This document shows positions 43,553 through 59,065 of a DNA stretch of 64,000 nucleotides, in pieces; within the stretch, counting starts at the first letter, position 1, and every line of letters begins with the position of its first letter. The stretch spans positions 17,298,001-17,362,000 of the forward strand of contig OX597830.1 in the NCBI GenBank assembly GCA_951406725.2, given 5' to 3'. Source of the DNA: Octopus vulgaris. Taxonomy: Eukaryota. The translations under genes and the position numbers were made by a program. The notes below the pieces were generated by a model. It was not told the origin of the DNA. It saw only the letters and a list, made by a program, of their open reading frames with translations, and did no database searches.

Positions 43553-44090
43553 CTTCTTCTTCTTCTTCTTCTTCTTCTTCTTCTTCTTCTTCTTCTTCTT
43601 CTTCTTCTTCTTCTTCTTCTTCTTCTTCTTCTTCTTCTTCTTCTTCTTCTCCTTCTTCTTCTTCTCCTTCTTCTTCTTCTTCTTCTTCTTCTTCTTCTTC
43701 TTCTCCTTCTTCTCCTCCTCCTCCTCCTCCTCATTCTCCTCCTCCTCCTCATTCTCCTCCTTCTTTTCCTCCTCCTCCTCCTCATTCTCCTCCTCCTCCT
43801 CCTCCTCCTCCTCCTTCTTCTTCTTCTTCTTCTTCTTCTTCTTCTCCTTCTCCTTTTTCTTCTTCTTCTTCTTCTTCTTCTTCTCCCCTTCTTCTTCTTC
43901 TTCTTCTTCTTCTTCTTCTTCTTCTTCTTCTTCTTCTTCTTCTTCTTCTTCTCCTCCTCCTTCTTCTTCTTCTCCTCCTCCTCCTTCTCCTCCTTCTTCT
44001 TCTTCTTCTTCTTCTTCTTCTTCTTCTTCTCCTTCTTCTTCTTCTTCTTCTCCTTCTTCTTCTTCTTCTTCCTTCCTTCCTTCCTTCTTC
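43553..44090 (+). repeat. (CTT)/(CCT)n microsatellite
   Basis: Directly visible. Confidence 0.97.
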
Positions 44091-44950
44091 GCCGGAGTTA
44101 ACTTTACCTTTCATTGTTTCGGGCAATAATAATAATAATAATAATAATTATTATTATTCGTCTAGCTGGCAGAATCGTTAGCATGCCAGGCAAAATACTT
44201 AGTAGCTATTCGTCCCTATATTTGTTCCTATATGCGGGGCCGTCTTTATATTTCGGGGTCAATGAAATACGCAATAGTTCGGCACCAGGATCAATGCACC
44301 CGACTTACCTAGTCGGGTAGAATTTCAAGTCTTGTGCCTATTGTAAAAAGAATAGTTATTACTTTCATAACTTAAATGTTTTGCTTCTATGTAAGTTTAC
44401 TTATTTTGTTTCCAATTTCTCCAACGAAAATTAAGAATATTTTTGTTGATATTATTTAAGATATTTTCAAGGTGGCGAGCTAGTAGAATCGTTAGCACGC
44501 TGTGGGGAAATGCTTAGCTGTATTTCGTCTACAGCTACGTTCTGAGTTCAAATTCCGCCGACATCGACTTTGCCTTTCATCCTTCTGGGGTCGGTAAATT
44601 AAATATCAGTGAAAGATAGGGGTCGATGTAATCGACTAGTCCCCTCCACCAAATTTCATGCCTTGAGCCCAGAGTAGAAAAGATTATTTAAGATATTCTC
44701 TGGAAAGAGAGAGTTTAAGAAGTCGCTGTATCTTCTTTGAATATGGAAAAATAACAGTCTTTTTTGTCATCGAATGAAACCGGCTTATACATACCAGCTA
44801 CCAGGAAGTGTTTAATTGTAAAAAATACCAAAAAATATAGCCACTATATACGTATACACACACATATTAAGACTTTTCTTTTATTGTTAAATAAAAATTC
44901 ATCAAAATATTTCTCAATCATTCACAAGTTTACATATATATATATATATA

Positions 44951-45423
<473 letters not shown>

Positions 45424-45691
45424 TTTACTACTCTAGGCAAAAGGTCTGAAATTTTGTGGGAGGGGACCTAGTCGATTAAATCGACCCCAGTACGCAACTG
45501 GTACTTAATTTATCGACACCGAAAGGGAAAGTCGACCTCGGCGGAATTTGAACTCAGAACGTAAAGATAGACGAAACACTCCTAACCATTTCGCCCGGCG
45601 TGCTAACGTTTCTGCCAACACGCCGCCTTAATATATAAGTAAAATTATTCTTTAATCAATTAACTTAATTTATTTATATATTTATTTATAG

Positions 45692-45853
45692 GCTGTAATT
45701 TCCTTGGCAGAGAACCCAACCTGTACAATTGTAGCAAGTATTTTGAATGTATCTCTGGAGTTAAAGTTGAAAAGTCATGTGGCCAAAATGAACATTTCGA
45801 CGGCGACCAACGACAGTGTTATCCAGCAGTTTTTGCTAAGTGCATACGTAAAG
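45692..45853 (+). CDS. Coding exon 4: chitin-binding type-2 domain (CNFLGREPNLYNCSKYFECISGVKVEKSCGQNEHFDGDQRQCYPAVFAKCIRK)
   Basis: Acceptor TTTATAG|, donor AAAG|GTAACG, 162 nt, phase 1-1, six Cys with CxxYFEC and CYPAVFA motifs. The ORF track misses it in this frame. Confidence 0.88.
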
Positions 45854-47350
45854 GTAACGTATTCGTATCAGCATATAGTAGTGACCCAATGCAATACGGC
45901 TTGCAGTCTAGTTATGATTAGAGGGACCCGTGAATAGTTCACGGAATTAATGGTAAATCTCTTGGGTTATTTCTGAAAGCTTTCTCCAAAAGAAAAAACA
46001 AACAAAACAAAAACAACCCTGATACAACCTTTAGTTAAATTGCATATATTTGCCAGGTAACTAAGCTTGAATATTTCAAGGAGTTGCACTTATGCGCATG
46101 CGTTAGGTGATTGGTGATATAAAAAAATTAGTTCAAATAAAAAAAAATGCACATTTCACTAACCGATCACCATCACCACCACCACCACCACCACCACCAC
46201 CACCACCACCACCACCACTACCACCGCCGCGATCACCATCTCTCTCTCTCTGTCTCTCTCTCCACTCTCTTTACCTTTCTTTAACCTCACCATCAGAACA
46301 TCATCCCTCTCTTTTTTTTTCTTTTACTCTTTTACTTGTTTCAGTCGTTTGACTGCGGCCATGCTGGAGCACCGCCTTTAGTCGAGCAGATCGACCCCAG
46401 GACTTATTCTTTGTAAGCCTAGTACTTATTCTATCGGTCTCTTTTGTCGAACCGCTAAGTTACGGGGACGTAAACACACCAGCATCGGTTGTCAAGCGAT
46501 GTTGGGGGGGTGGGGGGGACAAACACAGACACACAAACATATTCACACTCCTAAACATATATATACATATATATACGACGGGCTTCTTTCAGTTTTCGTC
46601 TACCAAATCCACTCACAAGGCTTTGGTTGGTCCGAGGCAATAGTAGAAGATACTTGTCCAAGGTGCCACTGCATGGCACCTTGGGCTAAAATTATATTTC
46701 TAACTCTCTTCCTCTATCTTCAGCTAATTTTTTAAACCACGTAATATACATTATGTTCCTCCAATCACATGTCCCTCTTGTAACGCAACTACAAGCGCAA
46801 TTATTATAAGATAGCAATACATTCCTTTAAAGCGCAATCCAGTTACGAATTGCTTCCCGAGAAGAAGAGATTAATTATTAAAAAATCCTTTATTTTGGGT
46901 GTATCAAGGGTAGCCAGTATCCTTCTCCTCATAATTATAAGTAAAGAACTTTGTTAATTTGAACTCTCAATTAGCTAATCATATTTTCACCAGTTACTCA
47001 ATATTTACCATATTGAATGATTAATCCTTAATTCGTCCATTTGAGAAGCTTTACTAGAGTATGGTGTTATTAACAAATGCCTTCTTGTTATCGTTGTGTA
47101 GCCCCATTTCACCTCCTATCGAGGATTCAGTCGGTCGTACAACGAGAAACGATACTCAGAAAACGATACGCAAGTTATGCGATATCTCTGCTTAGCTGAG
47201 GACGAACTGTGACATGTAATTATGAATCGTAAGGGGATGTAGTGTAATAGTTAGGATATATTGTACTTCCCCAACTGTCCAGTCTATATCTGTGTGCTCA
47301 TATATACGGTACACTCGGAAATGCTGTGATAATTCGTAAAGGTAATGCTG

Positions 47351-47804
47351 GGATCTTTCCGGTTTGAACGGCAGTTTTTTAAAATAATTTCCACGTAACT
47401 AAACACTTTTAATCTTCGTATACTGGAAGAATGTGTTTATAAAACATCTTTTTCTCATGGCTTTATTGAGAGAATTCTATAGTTTGTAAGATATTTGTTG
47501 TTTTTTTTCTTCAATTTCTGCAATTTCAACCAATCATTGACGTCTATTGAGGTGAAAACATTCTGTGCCGTATGAATATGTCCCTCGTTTAAGAAACAGA
47601 TTGGTTTTATTTACATTTGTGAAGAAAAAAAGATACCTTTCCCCCACCCCAAACCCTAACCCTAACTAGCCCTAACTAAACCTAACTCTAACCCTAACCC
47701 TAAAACAGATTGAAATGCAATAGATCGATACTAGGGTCATAATTATGGATGACAATTTCATATGACACCGCTAGAAAAAACTGCCGTTCAAACCGAAAAA
47801 ATCC
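47351..47804. mobile_element. MITE, same family as 876-1291, with internal (CCCTAA)n
   Basis: Same TIRs; imperfect 8-bp TSD TAATGCTG/TAATACTG. Confidence 0.85.
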
Positions 47805-48278
47805 TAATACTGTGCCATTCTTGCAGTGTTGCACTATACCCAGTGACTAATTTATTGTTCCTCCCGCAAATTCGGGTGGTAGCCACAGCGGAGGCAGGCA
47901 CGGTGTTCTCGTTCACGGTGCAGCAGTTGCTATTCCCCTGTATTCATTGCTAGTTTCGTCATCCAGCTATGAATCGAGAGGAATAGCATCCTAGCTCGGT
48001 GTTGTCGACTTGGTGTGTATTTCTGTGTGGATTTTTTTTCTATGCTTGTCTGGTCGAGTAGGAAGGGTGTTGCTTTAGGAAACTGCCGAAAGAAAGAAAC
48101 AAAAAAAAAAAGAAAAAAATACTAACCAATGGCTGTGTGGTAAGAAGTTTGTTTCCCAACCACATGCGTAGCACATTGGGTTCGTGCCTTCTACTATTGC
48201 CTCGGGCCGACCAAAGCCCTGTGAGTGGATTTGGTAGACGGAAAATTGAAAGAAGCCCATCGTATACATACATACATG

Positions 48279-48446
<168 letters not shown>

Positions 48447-50150
48447 CACACATTTATGCTTGTGTGTTTTTCTGTCTATATTTGTCCCCTGCGTCCCCGT
48501 AACATGGTGGTTCAGCAAAACAGACCGATTGAATATGTACCAGGCTTAAGAGAATAAGTAGTGGGATCGATTCGTTCGACTAAAATTTCTTCAAGGCATT
48601 GCCCCAGCATGGCCACAGTCGAATTATTGAAACAAGTAAAAAAATAAAAGATGTGAGACTACGTGGATAGATGAAGGGCAGTGTGTTGTTGCAACAAGTT
48701 TCAACCCTCGCAGTCTCTGCCACCAAAAATTACGACTACAACATCTAAGAACAACGACAGATAGGTTTTCTTTACACTGTTTCACATGAAAATTAAGTGA
48801 CTTGATAATGGACAATGCGCAACTCCGGAACAAGATACTGATGGTGAGTTCTTTGATCGATGGTCAGATACCTTCTCACTTCATCTAGATCTGGCTATCT
48901 CTAATTATACCCAATACTATATATTTTACATTCGACTTGCGCTGCGGAAGATTCCCTTCATCAGCTGTCGACTGGCGACCATAACGGTTTCAACATCTGA
49001 CAGCATTGCTCGTTCCAACATTGACCTGCAGCATTGATACTGTTTGGGAATGCCTTGGTTATTTTGGCCTCCATCATTAGCTTACATCCGTCTCATGTGT
49101 GTAGTAATTTTACCGATCGAGAACACAGAACAAAGACTTAAAACAGCATCAGAATGAAATTTCCCTGAATGAAGCGCTTAACTACTTAAATATAGAATGG
49201 CATGTCAGTCCGATATTACCTTCTTCCTTAATTAAATGCCAGAGCATATTACAGAAATTAGACTGAATTAGGTAAGAAAAAATTTGAGTTTATGAAATGC
49301 TGTGAGAGTGCAAGTCTGTACAAAACGAAATAAAAATGCATCTATAGAAAGGGTATTAATATTAGAGATTTTATTATTAGTTTTTCTTTTTTTTTTATCA
49401 ATCTTCAAAAGCTTATAATAGCAGCAGACACTGTGTCCTAACAGGCACACTGTATCTACTAGTGTTTATACCCTCATCCGCTCTTAAAACAGAAGTTGCA
49501 TTTAGGAGATTTGCTCGGGATTCTTTTGTGTTATTAACAGAATTGTAAAAAGCCGTACACTGGAAAAAACTAGAAAAGCGACCGAAGTCGTAAGCTAGAT
49601 TTCTCTATAAGTCTGTGAAGTATCAAAGGTAGTTTTACTAGTACTGGTACAGAAAATATGCAGTATGATGTTTATTATAAAGAGCCAAAATCCGACTTAG
49701 AAAAGGCCTTGCTAAAGGATTTTTAGGTTTGGGAAGCATTCAGCAAATAGCGTACAACCATTGGATTTTTTTATGTATATGCATGTATGTATGAATGTTA
49801 AAACATATGTATGAATATAAGTATGTATTCTACTCTTTTTACTGGCTTCAGTCATTGGACTACGGCCGTGTAAGGACAATGTTTTTAAGGATTTTAGTCT
49901 ATTATATCGACCAAACAGTACGTTTCTGATAATTGCTCTTATTGAGCCAGGAAGATGGGAAGTCAAAATAGTCATAATAGATCTCGTCAAGATTAGAACA
50001 TGAAACGTTAAGAGATGTAACCAAATATTAAATCGTTTCTCCGATAATCTGCCGACTGTGATAATCCAACGCATGCGTATGTGTATGTCGTTACATTTTG
50101 TGTTACATTTTGCATTTGTATTTTTACTCTCTTCTACTCTGTCCTTCCAG

Positions 50151-50354
50151 ATTGTAATTATACGGGCAGAAGAGCCAACCCAAATGATTGCAAGAAATAT
50201 TTTGAATGTAAAACTGATGGTGAACGGGAGTTATCGTGTGGGCCAGACGAATTATTTGACTACAAACAAAAGAATTGTTACCCAGCTGTCTTTGCTGAGT
50301 GTAAACCAGGCTCCAGAATTACAACCACGGCATTACCAACTACTACTCTTCCAC
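50151..50354 (+). CDS. Coding exon 5: chitin-binding type-2 domain plus Thr-rich linker
   Basis: Acceptor CCTTCCAG|, donor CCAC|GTAATG, 204 nt, phase 1-1. Translation: [67 protein letters not shown]. Confidence 0.9.
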
Positions 50355-50660
50355 GTAATGTAACATACATTTTCTTTTAATTCTTTCTCATGTACACTTC
50401 GGGATATTCATACTGAAGTCTTGGAACCTACAAGCCAACCACGTCGATTACGAATAGCGGTCTAAGAGAGACAATCACTTGCGTTTAACTCAATTCCATT
50501 GTCAGTGCGTTGAGCAACTAGCTACGAGGTCTTTTCTCTCTCCACTTTGAAGAGAGGTTATAGGCCACCGGCCATTAGGGTCTGAAGAGGCGGCGTAAAA
50601 TTAAGCGGTTTATGAATGTGAAACCCAGGGTAACCCCATAGACTGGTCATAACTATCTTT

Positions 50661-50696
<36 letters not shown>

Positions 50697-50743
50697 CGAT
50701 TTTTTCCTCTGTCTTCCCTTCTCTGAGCCTTTCCTTCTCCTAT

Positions 50744-50778
50744 GTTTCCGACGAAGAGCTCCGCTCGAAACGTTAAAC
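50744..50778 (+). ncRNA. Minimal type-I hammerhead ribozyme-like motif (Penelope-type) in a short (TA)n-flanked repeat
   Basis: GUUU-CCGACGA-A-GAGC-UCC-GCUC-GAAA-CGUU-AAAC: stem I GUUU/AAAC, stem II GAGC/GCUC, palindromic ACGU helix III. Confidence 0.6.
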
Positions 50779-50871
50779 CCTCCTTCGTTCCTTCTTTCCT
50801 GAGCGTCCAATAATACTATATTTGTTCCACGTCCTCGCGTTGTGTTTTTTTGTGCTTTCTTATTTGGATTA

Positions 50872-50908
<37 letters not shown>

Positions 50909-50980
50909 CAGTTTTGGGTATTAATAGATATGTGGGTATTCTATTTCAGATAAATATATATAAATATATTATAATTCGTT

Positions 50981-51084
<104 letters not shown>

Positions 51085-51248
51085 GTATAGAACGAAGCGT
51101 AAATCAGAACACCTGAAATATGTATAGTACAGGGTCCCTTAAGTAAACAGAAAATTACTCATTCGTTTCATAATTAATTGTTCCCATTTCAGGGATTCAC
51201 CTATTATTCTTTTTGCTTCTTAGAGATTTGGTAACATCGTATAACATA

Positions 51249-51296
<48 letters not shown>

Positions 51297-51389
51297 TGTA
51301 CTATATCTCATATACTATATACCTCATTTGCGTAGAATAAACAAATATTGATGATGTAACAGCATTGTATATACACACATACACACACA

Positions 51390-51440
<51 letters not shown>

Positions 51441-51441
<1 letters not shown>

Positions 51442-51691
51442 TGATAAAAAAATATTCAGACAAATACATAACAAAAACACCAGGACTTACAAAAACATAT
51501 AACATACAGAAAATTGCACTACTAGGCACTGCCCACATCCTACGCAGAACACTTTCCATACAATAACCATCAGAGCATCACAACAAATCACAGCACATAC
51601 CCAAGGCACACAGAGCTGCGCTCGGTAGTGAAGTGAAAGCACGCTATAAAAATAAAAATAAAACTACTGAATAATAATAATAATAATAATG

Positions 51692-51735
<44 letters not shown>

Positions 51736-51832
51736 TGTTGTCTCTTGAGGTCTCTGGGTGAGACTTGGAGCCAACTTGTACAAATGTAAAGCAAAAGTCA
51801 AACATAAAATAATAATAATAATAATAATAATA

Positions 51833-51896
<64 letters not shown>

Positions 51897-52441
51897 TAAT
51901 AACAATAGTAATAATATGGAATAACAACAGAAAAAAGATGGTATAGGCACACGCCAGAAAAGGTCACAGAAAATGAGAAAACAATACTATGGGATATGCC
52001 AATATACACAGATGAAGAAATTAAGGCCAATATGCCAGATATAGTTGTCATATGTCACGAAGAAAAAATGCTTTCTAATCGATGAATCAATACCAACAGA
52101 TGACAACGTTTCTCTAAAAGAAATGGAGAGACTTTCAAAATACAAAGACCTGGAAACTGAAGTAACTCGAATGTGGAGTCTAAAAACAGAAGCAATTCCT
52201 ATCATAGTAGGCGCATTAGGTATGATAAAAATATTCAAATACATAACAAAAACACGAGAACTTACAAGTAAACAAATCATACAGAAAATAGCACTACTTA
52301 GACACTGTACACATCCTAAGTAAAACACTTTCAATACAGTAACCATAAGAGAATCACAGCAAACCACAGCACATACTCAATGCACACAGAGCTGCACTCG
52401 GTAGTGCAGTGAAAGTACGCTATAAAAATAAAACTACTGAA
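51441..52441 (+). mobile_element. Stack of 5'-truncated Dong-like fragments separated by (TAA)n
   Basis: KTILWDMPIYTDEEIKANMPDIV, KYKDLETEVTRMW and IPIIVGALG motifs; two identical-type 3' ends. Confidence 0.8.
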
Positions 52442-52717
52442 TAATAATAATAATAACAAAAATCATTGGATGGAATTTATAAACGTTTAATGTATCGCTA
52501 CGCGCGTTTCCACAAATCACATGTCCCTTAAGATCACAGCCCGTGTTCCTGGGATGATTATAGTGCTGTCCGTAGTATCTGTGGTCATTGCAACTCGACC
52601 AGCTCGATGCAACCCCAAAGAACTGGTTCATCAGTCAACATCATTAAACTGTGGCCGGCATAATAAAATAGGAGCTTTATTTGCATATTTAAAACGTTTC
52701 CCATAAACTAAATTAAA

Positions 52718-52755
<38 letters not shown>

Positions 52756-53124
52756 TTATTATATTATATTAAAATTTTTAATACCTTTTGATAGTTATAT
52801 ATTAAAAAAATTAATAAATATAGATATAAATATTAAAAAATTAAAAGTTTAAAAATTTATAAATTTAAAATTTAAAAAATATAAAAAATATATAAAAATT
52901 TATAAATAAAAATTAAAAATTTTAAATTTAAATAATTTAATTTTAAATTTTATAGTTTTTATTTTTTTGTATATTATATTAATTATATTTATTTTTATGT
53001 TTTGGTTTATGTTTTTCACTGTTTGATTTGCCTAATAGTGGTTTTATCTCTAATTTAATTTATATTTATACTGTGAAATTTGATTTAATCCTAAATCTAA
53101 TTTTTCCCTGTAAGTTTGGATTTA

Positions 53125-53161
<37 letters not shown>

Positions 53162-53913
53162 GTGTATGTATGTGTGTGTGTGTGTGTTTATAAATTCGTT
53201 TTGCAAGATTCCTGATGTAAAATCGTGTGTTGTAACAGACATTGTTGTATTTCGTGTTAGTCATTTTTTTTGCCAAATAAACACACGTACTATATATTTT
53301 TCTTCACTCGTCTATTACTATAGTTCTATATTTTATTATTTTAACTCATGTCCATTGTCCCTAAATCTTTCGTCGCACACCTGTGACCTCTTCAGCGACA
53401 CTTTTCACTTTCGTGTGTGTTCTTCCTTCACTTACTCCATTCCGTTCTTCCAAGGTGTGTATCCTGATGTGCACATGCGTTTATGTCCTTGTTTCTTTGT
53501 GTGTGTGTGTGTGTATATGCGTGAGTGTTTGTGTATATGTGTGTATGCTTCTGTGTGTATATGTGTATACAACTTGTGTGCGTGTCATAGTTTTTAGCAT
53601 AGTGTAGCCGAGTGGGAGGCCACACTATGCTACACGATGGCACACGATGATTCTCCCCGGGGATTACGTGAATGTTATCTCTCATGACTGTGGAATACTC
53701 GGCCACTGGTACGCTAATTTAGTGAACATGCAGTTCAGTTGACAGAACAACCGAAGAGGATTCATATATGTTATATCCTACTGCATTCGTACATCTATAC
53801 GTTGGTATATATACCCACTGAAGGCTTAACATAAATGTTTTATATGTACATATGCGTATGTCCATATTATCGTGCAGTATTTCTGTTTACTCAGTTCTAT
53901 TCTGTCCTTTCAG

Positions 53914-54141
53914 CTTGTAAAAGTACTGGCAGAAGACCCAATAAAAACGACTGCAAGAAATATTTTGAATGCATCAACAACGTTGAATTTGAGTTTTCGT
54001 GTGGTCCAGATGAGAACTTTGACTACATAGAAAAAAATTGCTACCCAGCTGTCTTTGCTGAATGTACACCAGGTTCCATAACTACAACCACAGCATTGCC
54101 GACTACCACAACCACAACTTTACCGACAACCACGGCAACAC
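53914..54141 (+). CDS. Coding exon 6: chitin-binding type-2 domain plus Thr-rich linker
   Basis: Acceptor CTTTCAG|, donor ACAC|GTAATA, 228 nt, phase 1-1. Translation begins [50 protein letters not shown]. Confidence 0.9.
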
Positions 54142-54435
54142 GTAATAAGAATATCTTCTTTCTCTCTTTAGAAAGATCCCAGTTTTGGGAAAACGTACTT
54201 CCGCCATCTTAGACCCCTCTCTCGCCGTTGGATTTCGTAAAGAAGTAAAAGATAATATACATATATATATATATATACATACAAAATTCAGAGAACTGAC
54301 CACTAAAAGTGGACATCTTTTATGCTAGATATAGACGTCAAAATCGTAATTTTCCACGAAGAATGTGTTCTCAAGAAAAAATTCAGCAAAAAACCAAAGT
54401 GTAAAAATAAGCAAGACGAATGAAAAAATACGAAA

Positions 54436-54495
<60 letters not shown>

Positions 54496-55022
54496 GTATA
54501 TATATATATTTATATATATATAAATTATTTTAACATTTAAATAATGAGGGAGATAAATTGAATATTAATTTAATTAATATCAATTTAAAACGAGTAGCCT
54601 AGCATACAAAAATCTGAAGAATCAGAGAAAATTCTAATACATGCGTATATTTAATGGGCTAAAAAACCGGAATTTTAGCGCGCCAGAACTCAGATATTTG
54701 AAATTAACCCCAATGTAATCGGTGAAACTATGCACGTGTCTGTTTTTATACGGAAAACTGGTGGTTAGTTTTACAAATTATATTACCTGTGGAACGATCG
54801 TACTGACGAGCCCTACGGACGATTACGATTACGTAAGTGATTCATTCGTTAATAGGCGAAACCCAGGTCTGCGATTAATTCTTGTTTTTTTTTTATATAA
54901 TTTTCACCTGTCTTGCCCGCATATTGTTCTGGTGTTATAGAGAACATTCTTTTCTTTGTAGTTTGATCTCAGGTGATCTACTTCTAGCATATGGCTAACC
55001 ACGTAGTGGTTTTTTAGCCCTT

Positions 55023-55074
<52 letters not shown>

Positions 55075-55529
55075 TAGCCCTTTAAATATATATATATATA
55101 TATATATATATACTCTTACTCTCTTTTACTCTTTTACTTGTTTCAGTCATTTGACTGCGGCCATGCTGGAGCACCGCCTTTAGTCGAGCAAATCGACGCC
55201 GGGACTTATTCTTTGTAAGCCCAGTACTTATTCTATCGGTCTCTTTTGCCGAACCGCTAAGTGACGGGGACGTAAACACACCAGCATCGGTTGTCAAGCA
55301 ATGCTAGGGGGACAAACACAGACACACAAACACATACATATATATATATATATACATATATACGACAGGCTTCTTTCAGTTTCCGTCTACCAAATCCACT
55401 CACAAGGCATTGGTCGGCCCGGGGCTATAGCAGAAGACACTTGCCCAAGACGCCACGCAGTGGGACTGAACCCGGAACCATGTGGTTGGTTAGCAAGCTA
55501 CTTACCACACAGCCACTCCTGCGCCTATA

Positions 55530-55584
<55 letters not shown>

Positions 55585-56489
55585 AGGTTGCTTGTGAGCG
55601 CTATTGGTAACCCCACTGAGCTTGCTTTGTGAGGATGGTGACTGGACATATTTAACCAATTATCAAACGTGTTTGATGATCACTCCGTTACTGTCCCGAG
55701 TATCGTGTATCTCAGATTATATTGTCCGATCTGTTGGTTTCCGTTAGGCGTTAATGTAGTGTTGTATTAATTTGAAGAAGTACAATATATGTATGTATTT
55801 ATGTATATATGTTTATATATGTAACTACACGTGTGCCTTTGGTGATTTCTTCTCCTTCTTTAGACTTTTTCTTTTCTCCTTTCCGACGAAGAGGTTTGTT
55901 TGAAACATCAAACTCTCTCCTTTCACCGAGCGTCAAGTTTATGCATTTTTCATGCGCTCATTTGAATTGACTATATATATATATTATTAATAAAGTTACA
56001 AAGACATCACAAAAACTGTTTCTCAGAGTTTCACGTTCCCATATTCGTTGGACAGTTTTGGTTGAGAATGGAACAACAATAAGGCTATATGCATAAATCC
56101 GTTGATAGATACACGTTTGAAAATGGTTTTGTTTCATTGGTTCTTTCAACTAAAAGTCTTTTCAATAACCGGTTATGTGAAATTACAATTACGATTTAAA
56201 ATCCTATTATAAAAATCGAAGAAAAGCTCAAATCAAAAATTAGCTTTAGTAGAAGGAAAAATATCGGTATATCCAGGGTAAATTAATTAATGGCAAAACA
56301 AATTAAAATAAATTAAAAAGATATGTCCGTTTAAAATTAAAAAACATTTACAAAGAACTAACATCAGAAAAATAATATACATTTAGTAATACATACACAT
56401 ACCAAAAAAAAACCTAAATGTGACCGCGTGTGTACCGTTGGCGATTTTTTGCCTCCGTATTCCCTTCTTTGGCTCTTTCCTTTTCCTAT

Positions 56490-56524
56490 GTTTCTGACGA
56501 AGAGCTTCGCTCGAAACGTTAAAT
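56490..56524 (+). ncRNA. Minimal hammerhead ribozyme-like motif
   Basis: GUUU-CUGACGA-A-GAGC-UUC-GCUC-GAAA-CGUU-AAAU, with a canonical CUGANGA/GAAA core. Confidence 0.62.
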
Positions 56525-56976
56525 TCTCCTTCTTTCTTTCCTTTCCTGAGCATCCAATAACACTATACTTGTTCCACGTCCTCGCGTTGTTGTGTTTTCT
56601 CTTTGTGTTTTCATGTTTGGATTAACTATATATATATATATCCCCTCCCTCCCCCTTACCTCCCCCTCTTCCCTCATCTCCTCTCTCTACACAACACCAT
56701 ACGACTTTACACATCACATCATATATACATACACACGTCCAGACCTCTCATACGCACTAATACTCTCTCATACACACACACACACTCTTCTCATACACAC
56801 ACACACACTCTTATGTTGGAGCGAGGTCATTTAACCCTATTATCTCCCCTAATTTCGCTCTTGCGTCTCACGTTTGATCTTTGACTTCTGGCCGAAATCA
56901 GATCGCCATGTTGATTCGCTAGCCTCTGCACGCATATTTTTTTTCTCTCCTTCTTTCTGTGTTTTTTCTCTGTGTA

Positions 56977-57014
56977 TCTTTCTGTTGAAGAGCGTAGGCT
57001 CGAAACGTTAAAGA
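56977..57014 (+). ncRNA. Hammerhead-like motif with core variant CUGUUGA
   Basis: Stem I UCUUU/AAAGA, stem II GAGC-GUAG-GCUC, then GAAACGUU; a related degenerate copy lies at 26892-26925. Confidence 0.5.
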
Positions 57015-57140
57015 CTTGTTTTATTTATATTTCCTGAGCGCCATACTAATACAATTGTTTGTTTGTATTCCACCTGCCTTCGTCTTTTGTTTATTTCCGT
57101 AAACCTGCCTTCGTCTTTTGTCTATTTTCATAAAGTCCCG

Positions 57141-57212
<72 letters not shown>

Positions 57213-57239
57213 TACACTAAACATACAAGCATTGGTACA

Positions 57240-58500
57240 TGCCTACATACATATACAAATACAGTTTTTATCTATTTCGATGTAATCAGTAATTACCATT
57301 TCCTTGTGTAGATTTGTTGTGTCGAAGAACTCATCCAACGTAGCAATTTGTAAGTGTCCCAACGGAGTTGTGAAAATACTTTTGTTTTGCACATTTAGTA
57401 TTTCACTTATCCTCTGGGGATCTGCAGCCAGTGAGCCATTTTCTTCGAAAGTTCTTTGTATGTATGTATGTATGTATGTATGTATGTATGTATGTATGTA
57501 TGTATGTATGTATGTATGTATGTATGTATGTATGTATGTATGTATGTATGTATGTATGTATGTATGTATGTATGTATGTATGTATGTATGTATGTATGTA
57601 TGTATGTATGTATGTACTTATATCCGAACTCTGACAACTCGGATGCTGAAATACACATACCATCTTCGAAAAGTGGCTATACATTTACCGCACTGAAGCA
57701 AATTCTTTGGGAAATCTATAGAAGGCTTCAGGTTTTGTCATTACATTTTTTACTGAACTGGCCCCTTTCTCTATCTTTTCCTTTCCATGGGAGTGTTTGA
57801 GGTCACTATCAAGCTTAAATAATTTTCATTTGAGATAGGATTCTTCGCTATCCTTTAGTGGCCCATTTAGATGGTTTGAGATATTTGTTCGTCGTCTCAT
57901 TAGACTTTTCCTATCTCTGGGAATTATGCTTTTCCGTCGGTTTCACATTCGCTCTGGAGCAAACTTACTGCCTATGTCATGCATGATTGTCATAGAGTGC
58001 TCCAATTTATATCAATATCTTGCGTCGAGTGACTGGTAGACCAATCTTATTCCATGATCTCTTTCTGAATACCCTTCCAATCAGCTATTTGAAAATTCAG
58101 GCTGAAAAGGAGTCGGGTGTTTCTAGTAGCCTTGCACGGCTGCAGTTTTCTGCGGATCATACATTGATAGTTATATTAAGCTCTGGTCCGAGAAAATCAT
58201 GTTATTTGTGAAGCAAACGTCCAGAACAGGTTTACCCCTTGTTGGATGGAAAACTATTTTCTCCATGGAGATGTTTATGTGGTCGAGCAGTGTCTCTGCT
58301 TGCTTTTGTTCATGTAGGGACATAATCGAGAGAAGGCGGCTCTCAGGTCATTCGACATTAGGGGCTTGAAGTCTCCTAGAAGTATATGAAGGCTGTCATC
58401 TAGGCTGACTAATATTTCTTCCATGTTTTGAGGCTCTCTTCGAATGAGTCTCTATGATTTGGAGCATCAAATGGATGATATGTAGTACACGCTACCATTT
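57240..58500 (-). mobile_element. CR1-like LINE relic (endonuclease to pre-RT region), interrupted by an (ACAT)n-tailed insert
   Basis: PTRGKPVLDVCFTNN and DPQRISEILNVQNKSIFT motifs. Confidence 0.6.
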
Positions 58501-59065
58501 TACTCTGTTTAATGTGTACTACCAGTTTCAAAAACTGAGTTTGAGTGTGACAGCAGGACTACGGGCATGACCTCACCCTGGATGTACATACCAGTTCGAA
58601 ATACAACATATTTTGGTATGTGTGTCTCAGCATCCGAGTTGTCAAAGTTCAGATATAGGTACATACATACATACATACATACATACATACATACATACAT
58701 ACATACATACATACATACATACATACATGCATGCATACATACATACATACATACATACATACATACATACATACATGCATGCATACATACATACATGCAT
58801 ACATACATATATACATGCATGCATGCATACATACATACATGCATACATACATATATACATACATACATACATACATACATGCATACATACATACATACAT
58901 GCATACATACATACATGCATACATACATACATACATACATACATACATACATACATACATACATGCATGCATGCATACATACATAAATACATACATACAT
59001 ACATACACACATACATACATACATACATACATACATGCATACATACATACATACATACGTACATA

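Noticed and set aside
52755-53010. Near-pure A/T scrambled tract
   Set aside because: Looks like low-quality consensus across a long (TA)n rather than a biological feature.
57615-58660. Apparent 1-kb TIR element
   Set aside because: Better explained as two oppositely oriented retroposon 3' ends; the left one has its own flanking duplication and the interior is CR1-like.
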